Assembly: GCA_903901225.1 (NCBI GenBank)
Contig: CAIUQE010000010.1
Span: 17,911-81,910, forward strand
Reading direction: 5' to 3'
Source of the DNA: Candidatus Omnitrophota bacterium
GTDB taxonomy: Bacteria > Omnitrophota > Gorgyraeia > Zapsychrales > Fredricksoniimonadaceae
DNA length: 64,000 nucleotides
Shown piece by piece: positions 58,017-64,000 of the stretch; the stretch's first letter is position 1; every line of letters starts with the position of its first letter. Both the position numbers and the translations under genes were made by a program. The notes under the pieces are model-generated. The model did no database searches. It was not told the DNA's origin and was given only the letters and a program-made list of their open reading frames with translations.

Positions 58017-58955
58017 TTAAACCCGGTCGCTCCTGCGTTTATCCCTCACGAAATTGCTTTTATTCTGGCTCTTGGCGAATTTCTTCAGTTCCGCCCCGAT
58101 CTCCCCGACCTGCGCCACGTGGGCTATCCGCATGAACGCGTTTGAAACGATCCCGATGGAAATGGACATGAGCCCGATCTTTATTTCATTGCCCTGCCGG
58201 TCCTTGCCCGTGATGAACCCGGCCGCGCGGTCTTCCTCCGAGTAAAAGCCCGGTGAGTTCGCGTCAAAAAGGTCAATGATCTTCTGGCTGATCGCGTCCG
58301 CGACCGCGTCATCGCTGACAAAAACGAAATCGTCCCCGCCGATATGCCCCACGAACACGTTGTTGCCGCCCGCCTCTTTGGCCGCCTGGATGATGACGCG
58401 CGCCGTGGCTTTGATGATCTCGTCGCCTTTTTCGAAACCGTATTTGTCGTTGAAAAGCTTGAACTTGTCGAGGTCGCAGTAGCCCACCGCGAATTTCCCG
58501 CCGCTCTCGATGCGGCTTTGCAACTCGTCCATGATCGAGGCATTGCCGGGGAGGTGGGTGAGCGGGTTGGCGTCGAGGTTGCGGATGGTCCGCACCATGA
58601 TCATGTTGATGCGCGCGAGCAGGTTGTCCGGCTCGAAGGGCTTGATCAGGTAATCGTCGGCGCCCGCGTTGATCCCCTTGACCATGTCCTTGGTGTCGCC
58701 CTTGCCCGTGAGCAGGATGATAGGGATGTGCGATAAAAGGACATCCTTGCGCAGTTCCTTGCAGAATTCCGGGCCAGTCATGACGGGCATCATGTAGTCC
58801 GTGATGATGATGTCCGGGTTGCCCGTCCTTGCCTGCGCGAGCCCTTCCGCGCCGTTGGAGGCTTTGATCACATCGAAGCGCTCTGAAAGCGTCAGTTCAA
58901 GCACGTCGAGGATGTCAGGGTCGTCGTCAATGATCAGGATCCGTTCACGTTTCAT
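58017..58955 (-). CDS. Response regulator (REC) plus GGDEF-family diguanylate cyclase
   Basis: IIDDD, TDYMMP, GADDYLIKPF; NPLTHLPGN, DLDKFKLFNDKYG, HIGGDDF. Confidence 0.9.
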   Translation of the reverse strand: MKRERILIIDDDPDILDVLELTLSERFDVIKASNGAEGLAQARTGNPDIIITDYMMPVMTGPEFCKELRKDVLLSHIPIILLTGKGDTKDMVKGINAGADDYLIKPFEPDNLLARINMIMVRTIRNLDANPLTHLPGNASIMDELQSRIESGGKFAVGYCDLDKFKLFNDKYGFEKGDEIIKATARVIIQAAKEAGGNNVFVGHIGGDDFVFVSDDAVADAISQKIIDLFDANSPGFYSEEDRAAGFITGKDRQGNEIKIGLMSISIGIVSNAFMRIAHVAQVGEIGAELKKFAKSQNKSNFVRDKRRSDRV

Positions 58956-60514
58956 AGGTCATCCGTAAGTTTTCTGGTTTTTTTCGTTTCTTTGGGTTTG
59001 TGCTGGAACGGGATGGCAAAGTGGAAAATAGTCCCGTGGCCGACCTCACTCGTGACCCACATGCGTCCGAAGTGGGCCTCGACGATGTTCTTCGCCAGCG
59101 CAAGGCCAAGGCCCGTGCCCTTGACTTTCATGTTGATCTCGTTGTCGACGCGGAAGAACTCGTCGAAAAGTTTGGAAAGGTCTTCTTTGGGGATGCCGAT
59201 GCCGGTGTCGGCGACCTCGAACAGGGCTTCCGCCCGCTCGAGGTTGGGGTGCCCGTTGACCGTGATGGTGCCTTGCGCGGGCGTGAACTTGATCGCGTTG
59301 CCGATAAGGTTGATGAACACGCGGTCCAGTTGGCTGGCGTCGTATTCGATCAGGGGCAGGTCGGCGGGAATGTTGAGCTTGAGCGTCACGCCCTTGTCCC
59401 GGAGTTGCGGCGTCAGCAGGTCGGCGATATTCTCGAGCATCGGCACCACGTTTTGCGGCAGGGCCTTCATTTCCACGCGGCCGGATTCGATCCTGGAAAT
59501 ATCCAGCAGGTCGTTGATGAGCTTGACCAGGTTGTCCGAATGCGTGTTGATCTTGGCGAGGCGCTCCTTGACGGCGTCAGGGATCGCGCCCACTTTTCCC
59601 GTCATGAGGATCGAGGCGTAGCCTTTGATGGAGGTCAGCGGCGTGCGCAGCTCATGTGAAACGGCGGAGATGAATTCGGATTTCTTTTTGGAGATGGTCT
59701 CGACTTCCTTGAGCGCGTGGGAGAGTTCGCGGGTCCTGTCATTGACCTTTGTTTCCAGTGTCCGGGTCGAGCGGTAGACCTGTTCGAAGAGCTGCGAGTT
59801 CTCGATGGACTGGGCCAGCTGCCCGGCCAGGATGGCGATGAGCTCTTCGTCGCCCTCGTTGACGGCCGGCGCGTTGTAGCGGTTGCCGACAAAAAGGGCC
59901 CCGGCCACGCCCCGCTGGGTCAGGAGCGGGGAGAGGATGAAATGTTCCGTCTCGAAAAGCTGGACGATGCGGGCCCTGGTCTTCTGGGATGAATTGAGCG
60001 AGGAAAAGGTCATGCCGTCGCGCAGCGCGCCGAGGAACTGGGTGTCCGCGGTCAATTCGGCCTGGATGCGTTCCTGCCGGGAAGGGTCGATCCCGATGTT
60101 GACCCGGGTGAGCAAGGCGCCGTTCTCCTCGTTGGTCAGCACCAGGGCGCTGGCGAAGCCAAGTTCCGACAGGAGGTCCTTGTTGATCTTCTGGAAGATC
60201 TCCTGTTCGTCCAGGGTCATGCTCATGGTGCGCGAAAGTTTCTGCAGGGTATTGAGGCCCTTGAGGCGCCTGTCGAGCTCTTCCTGGGTCTTGTTGAGCT
60301 CGAGGTCCGTCTTGACGATGAGCTTGGCCTGCTCATCCAGTTCGTTGAACGAATTGATCATCTTGTCGAAAGAGGCCTTGAGTTCCTTGTATTCCTCGGA
60401 TTTTCCGATCAGGAAATAAGCCAGGGCGCTCACCGCCGTGACAAGGATGAGGCTTGTCCCGACCAGAAAGGGCGTGATGCTGAAAGTATTGACGGGATAG
60501 GCTACATTGACCAT
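58952..60514 (-). CDS. Sensor histidine kinase (TM-GAF-HisKA-HATPase)
   Basis: SHELRTPLTSI, NLIGNAIKF, DTGIGI, GTGLGL. Confidence 0.92.
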   Translation of the reverse strand: MVNVAYPVNTFSITPFLVGTSLILVTAVSALAYFLIGKSEEYKELKASFDKMINSFNELDEQAKLIVKTDLELNKTQEELDRRLKGLNTLQKLSRTMSMTLDEQEIFQKINKDLLSELGFASALVLTNEENGALLTRVNIGIDPSRQERIQAELTADTQFLGALRDGMTFSSLNSSQKTRARIVQLFETEHFILSPLLTQRGVAGALFVGNRYNAPAVNEGDEELIAILAGQLAQSIENSQLFEQVYRSTRTLETKVNDRTRELSHALKEVETISKKKSEFISAVSHELRTPLTSIKGYASILMTGKVGAIPDAVKERLAKINTHSDNLVKLINDLLDISRIESGRVEMKALPQNVVPMLENIADLLTPQLRDKGVTLKLNIPADLPLIEYDASQLDRVFINLIGNAIKFTPAQGTITVNGHPNLERAEALFEVADTGIGIPKEDLSKLFDEFFRVDNEINMKVKGTGLGLALAKNIVEAHFGRMWVTSEVGHGTIFHFAIPFQHKPKETKKTRKLTDDL

Positions 60515-60517
60515 GTT

Positions 60518-61744
60518 TTATCCGATCGCCAGGAGTGTCACGCTCCCGTTCAACAACTGGGTTGGAGCGACATGCCCGGCCGTTGCCGGCGCGGCTATTT
60601 CCGCGATCGTTTGCATTCCGAACACAGGCACACCGGCGCCCAGGATGTCGCGGATCGCCTGCAGGCCGTGGGTCGCGTGATACCCGAGGACTTTTTGCCG
60701 TGTGAAGGACTCGAACGCCAGGACAAATTTCGGCGGTTTGTCGAGAAAATGTTCCCGGATCTCCAGGGCCGCGTCCTGGATGGTCCGGCGGCAGGCGCTT
60801 TTGTCCATGATCATCAGGTGGACCGGGCTTCCCGCCGGTATTTCGCCCTGACATACGATACTACCGTCAGAAAGGATGTCAATGGGGATGCGGATCAAAT
60901 ATTCGCGTGGCGTGGCGGTCCCGATCCCCAGAGGGTAAAGCAGGCGCAGGTCATTGAGCTGGCCTGGCCGTAGGTCGGAGGGAGTGCCTTGCGACGCGCC
61001 GTTCGGCACTGGTGCGGCGTCCATGTTCTGGAAATAATTCCTGTAGAGGTGAGCTGCCGGCTGCTTGTCAATGGTGCGGATGATATTCCCGTCGGAGGCG
61101 TCGATGATCCGGGGCTTGCCCAGGGGTTTCCAGTTGTGCCGGGATGAAACGCACACGGCGCCGGCGCCGCCGATCATGAGGCCTATCGTGGTATCGATGA
61201 GGATCTGTGTCTGGTAGAAATGCCGCGTGAAGGCCAGTTGGCTGCTGTCCATGCTGATGGCGCCGATGACGGGCAAAGCACTCCCGAGCCCTTCGCGCAG
61301 GCCGGCGCACAGCTGGCTGCCGTTCTTGCGCAGGCCATCGTAAAAGAAAAGGAAGGCGCTGCGCTGGGGGAATTTGTAATCTTCGATGACGGCCTGGCTC
61401 AAGCGGAGCCCCGCTTCGCGGGTGGGAATGAGTCCGAGCCGGTCAATATCCGCGGCGCCGAAGTGAAGTTCATTGGAAATGATCGCCAGGATGCCGATGC
61501 CGCGCGGTTCGACGTGGTCTTGCACAATAATACCGGGCGTGATGGAGCCTATCAACCGCTGGGGCTGCAGGATCCGGCGCACGGTCTCCAGTCCTTCGGG
61601 GTTGGCGTAAGCAGTGGTCGTGAACAGGATGACCAGGTCTGTCCTGACGGCGTTCAATTGTGTCTTCACGTCGATGGCCGCGGCCTTGCAGGCTTCGAGG
61701 GGGTCCTTGATGGAGGAAAAGCCGATGGCGATCTGTGTGGGCAT
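60518..61744 (-). CDS. FIST-domain signalling protein
   Basis: PVIGA, HNWKPLG, GNIIRTIDKQPA, YPLG, VPVFGMQTIAEI. Confidence 0.82.
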   Translation of the reverse strand: MPTQIAIGFSSIKDPLEACKAAAIDVKTQLNAVRTDLVILFTTTAYANPEGLETVRRILQPQRLIGSITPGIIVQDHVEPRGIGILAIISNELHFGAADIDRLGLIPTREAGLRLSQAVIEDYKFPQRSAFLFFYDGLRKNGSQLCAGLREGLGSALPVIGAISMDSSQLAFTRHFYQTQILIDTTIGLMIGGAGAVCVSSRHNWKPLGKPRIIDASDGNIIRTIDKQPAAHLYRNYFQNMDAAPVPNGASQGTPSDLRPGQLNDLRLLYPLGIGTATPREYLIRIPIDILSDGSIVCQGEIPAGSPVHLMIMDKSACRRTIQDAALEIREHFLDKPPKFVLAFESFTRQKVLGYHATHGLQAIRDILGAGVPVFGMQTIAEIAAPATAGHVAPTQLLNGSVTLLAIG

Positions 61745-61750
61745 ACCCCT

Positions 61751-61778
61751 ATTGTATGTCGCGCGAAAAGGCTGTCAA
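61751..61778 (-). promoter_or_regulatory. Sigma70 promoter of FIST operon (probably leaderless)
   Basis: TTGACA, 16 nt, TACAAT, then 6 nt to ATG. Confidence 0.65.
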
Positions 61779-61808
61779 CAAAAGGCATCCTTATCGTGAT
61801 ACGGGATA

Positions 61809-62150
61809 TCAGCCGATGGCCGGGGCCCCTTCTTCACCCGTGCGGATACGGATGCAGCGTTCCAGGTCCGTGACGAATATCTTACCATCACCGATCTTGC
61901 CCGTGCGCGCCCCCTTGATGATGGCCGCGATGGTGCGGTCAACAAAGGCCTCGTTCACGGCGATGTCCACCCGGATCTTGCGCAGGAGGTTGCCTGTTTC
62001 CTTGATGCCGCGGTAGAATTCGTCCACGCCGAACTGGCGGCCGTGGCCGAGGGCTTCACAGACCGTGATGAGGTTCACGTCGGCCGCGTAAAGTTCTTTT
62101 TTGACTTCGTCGAGCCTGTGGGGCTGGATGATGGCTGTGATGAGTTTCAT
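61809..62150 (-). CDS. glnK: P-II nitrogen regulatory protein
   Basis: GHGRQ, YRG, TGKIGDGKIFV, IRIRTGE; adjacent to amtB. Confidence 0.92.
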   Translation of the reverse strand: MKLITAIIQPHRLDEVKKELYAADVNLITVCEALGHGRQFGVDEFYRGIKETGNLLRKIRVDIAVNEAFVDRTIAAIIKGARTGKIGDGKIFVTDLERCIRIRTGEEGAPAIG

Positions 62151-62167
62151 GGTGATCCCTCCTTGAT

Positions 62168-63406
62168 TTATTCTAGCATGGTATAGGCGCGTTCAAAGTG
62201 CTGGGTCAGGTCCAGCCCCATGATCTCATCTTCGGGCGTGACCCTCAGTCCGATCGCTTTGTCGATCACGAAGGCGATGACGGCTGTACCCGCGGCGCAG
62301 TAAACGACCGTGAAGCACGCGGCCAGTAGTTCGGTCCTGAACGTGGCCATGTTGCCCAAAAGAAGCCCGTTGGCACCGGCGGGATTGACCGCGGTCGTGG
62401 CGAAAATGCCGGTGGCGATCATGCCCCAGAACCCGCCCACGCCGTGCACGCCGAAAGCGTCGAGGGAATCGTCGTAGCCGAATTTCTGCTTGATGGTGCT
62501 GACGGAATAAAAGCTCAAAGCCCCGATGACCAGGCCGATGAGGATGGCGGCTTTGGGTTCAACAAAGCCGCAGGCCGGGGTGATGGCCACGAGCCCCGCG
62601 ATGACGCCGGAGATCGTCCCGAACATGGTCGGTTTGCCGGTGGTAAGCCATTCCACGGCCGCCCAGCTGACCGCCGCGGCCGCCGCCGAAAGGTTGGTCG
62701 TGACGAAAGCGTTCGCCGCCACACCGTTGGCCGCCAGGGCAGATCCCGCGTTGAAGCCGAGCCAGCCGAACCAGAGCAGCCCACCACCGAGGACCACCAA
62801 CGGAAGGTTGTGGAGCGTCGGGCGGTTGAGGCCGATGCGTTTGCCGAGGATCAGGGAGGCCACGAGTCCCGCGACCCCGCAGTTGATCTCAACGACACAC
62901 CCGCCCGCGAAATCAAGGACGCCCTGGGAACGCAGCCAGCCGTCCGCGCCCCAGACCATGTGGCAAATCGGGATATAGACGAAGGTGAGCCAGGCCAGCG
63001 TGAAGACGAGGAACGCGGAGAACTTGAACCGTTCCACAAGGGAACCGATGATGACCGCGGGCGTGATGACCGCGAACATGGCCTGGAAGATCATGAAGGC
63101 GCTGTGGGGGATGGTCGGGGCGTAGTCTTTGTTGGGCGCCATGCCGACACCGTCGAGGCCAAGCCATTCGAAGCCGCCGATGAACCCGTTGCCCCGACCG
63201 AACGCGAGCGAATAACCGTAAATTGCCCAGGCCAGCAGGATGATCCCGAGGCAGGCGAAGCATTGCATGAGGATGGCGAGGATGTTCTTGCGGCGGACCA
63301 TGCCGCCGTAGAAGAACGCGAGGGCGGGCGTCATGAGCATGACAAGCCCCGCGGAGATGAGGACCCAGGCGGTGTCCCCGGCGTTGATGACAGGTGCTGT
63401 TCCCAT
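62168..63406 (-). CDS. amtB: Ammonium transporter
   Basis: GDTAWVL, LMTPALAFFYGG, FQAMFAVIT, LDFAGG, LWFGWLGFNAGS, DDSLDAFGVHG; AAGGAG SD before ATG at 63406. Confidence 0.96.
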   Translation of the reverse strand: MGTAPVINAGDTAWVLISAGLVMLMTPALAFFYGGMVRRKNILAILMQCFACLGIILLAWAIYGYSLAFGRGNGFIGGFEWLGLDGVGMAPNKDYAPTIPHSAFMIFQAMFAVITPAVIIGSLVERFKFSAFLVFTLAWLTFVYIPICHMVWGADGWLRSQGVLDFAGGCVVEINCGVAGLVASLILGKRIGLNRPTLHNLPLVVLGGGLLWFGWLGFNAGSALAANGVAANAFVTTNLSAAAAAVSWAAVEWLTTGKPTMFGTISGVIAGLVAITPACGFVEPKAAILIGLVIGALSFYSVSTIKQKFGYDDSLDAFGVHGVGGFWGMIATGIFATTAVNPAGANGLLLGNMATFRTELLAACFTVVYCAAGTAVIAFVIDKAIGLRVTPEDEIMGLDLTQHFERAYTMLE

Positions 63407-63454
63407 TGAAGGCTCCTTCTTTGGAGTTTGGTATTTTGGCAAGGATCCCTGCCA

Positions 63455-63511
63455 AAATAAAAATACCCGGACCGTCCGAAAATAATTTCGGATGAACCGG
63501 GCATCATTGCC
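63455..63511 (-). promoter_or_regulatory. ANTAR-type hairpin overlapping an intrinsic terminator in the amtB leader
   Basis: GGC-AATGAT-GCC (63511-63500) overlapping terminator stem ATGCCCGG..TCCGAAA/TTTCGGA..CCGGGTAT followed by TTTTATTTT. Confidence 0.72.
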
Positions 63512-63559
63512 GTTCTGGATCGTCCCGCGCAAACGCCAGCGCCTGCTCAGGATTTGAAA

Positions 63560-63588
63560 ATAATAATCGCGGGGGAGGGGAATGTCAA
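63560..63588 (-). promoter_or_regulatory. Sigma70 promoter of amtB-glnK
   Basis: TTGACA, 17 nt, TATTAT on the minus strand. Confidence 0.75.
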
Positions 63589-63602
63589 ATTAAAAAAAGC
63601 AT

Positions 63603-63649
63603 AGGGGACATGTACCAAATCCGACCTTTGGATTTTGTACATGTCCCCT
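63603..63649. repeat. Long inverted repeat (REP-like)
   Basis: AGGGGACATGTAC-C-AAATCC...GGATTT-T-GTACATGTCCCCT. Confidence 0.75.
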
Positions 63650-63727
63650 TGACTGCATGGAGTGGAAAGATACAATATTCATCATGGTGTATGAGTGGCT
63701 TTATTTTGTTTATGGGGAGGGCGGGGC

Positions 63728-64000
63728 ATGAAAAAGTTCGCCATTATTCTTATTTCTTTCTTTATTGCGTTTCCTGCGGGTGCGGACACTCCAAAAGCAG
63801 ACGAGCCTTCCTATACATTAAAACTAAAAGACGGCACTGTGAAGATATCGCTGCCGCAGGGTTGGGTCCAATATAAGCCTGAAGAGGCTGTTGGCAAGCC
63901 ATCGGCTGTTTTTATAAGAAGAAAATCAGATGGTGTTATTGAAGGGACGTTGGTTGTCGGTATAAATTACCTGGGTGACAATGCTCCATGTGGCACGAAG
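63728..64000 (+). CDS. Secreted hypothetical protein, 3'-truncated by window edge
   Basis: G-rich SD region; MKKFAIILISFFIAFPAGA signal peptide; frame open to the window end. Confidence 0.7.
   Translation, partial: MKKFAIILISFFIAFPAGADTPKADEPSYTLKLKDGTVKISLPQGWVQYKPEEAVGKPSAVFIRRKSDGVIEGTLVVGINYLGDNAPCGTK

Noticed and set aside
63610-63876. 88-aa ORF from the ORF track
   Set aside because: Starts within the inverted repeat and overlaps a better ORF at 63728 that has an SD region and signal peptide

Overview
GC-rich bacterial chromosomal segment. Candidatus Omnitrophota is my inference, from recall of the conserved N- and C-terminal modules of the 15753-18875 protein. In order it holds: the 3' end of ilvD; a tightly packed glycogen/polyphosphate operon (glgP, glgB, GH57/DUF3536, ppx-HD, ppk1, CHAD, metallophosphoesterase-HD, ROK kinase with Mth938-like tail); vapBC; a large secreted modular protein with a low-GC nucleotide-sugar pyrophosphorylase-like cargo; a TMTC-like TPR membrane protein; an ETF fusion, ETF-QO and GAF-GAF-ANTAR regulator; type III glutamine synthetase behind an ANTAR dual-hairpin attenuator; GATase, nadE, GT2/GT-C, gltBD, lnt; an amidino-sugar glycosylation cluster; carAB, purF, pyrG, tRNA-Leu(GAG), rpe; a Flp/Tad-type pilin with a thrombospondin-1-like tip; a FIST / histidine kinase / REC-GGDEF operon; and amtB-glnK with a second ANTAR-type leader. 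Best leads: (1) the chassis-plus-cargo secreted protein, (2) the pilin-TSP1 fusion, (3) an ANTAR RNA-antitermination nitrogen regulon with non-canonical AmtB and PII. No CRISPR array, integrase or transposase was seen. All calls come from reading motifs by eye; no searches were run.
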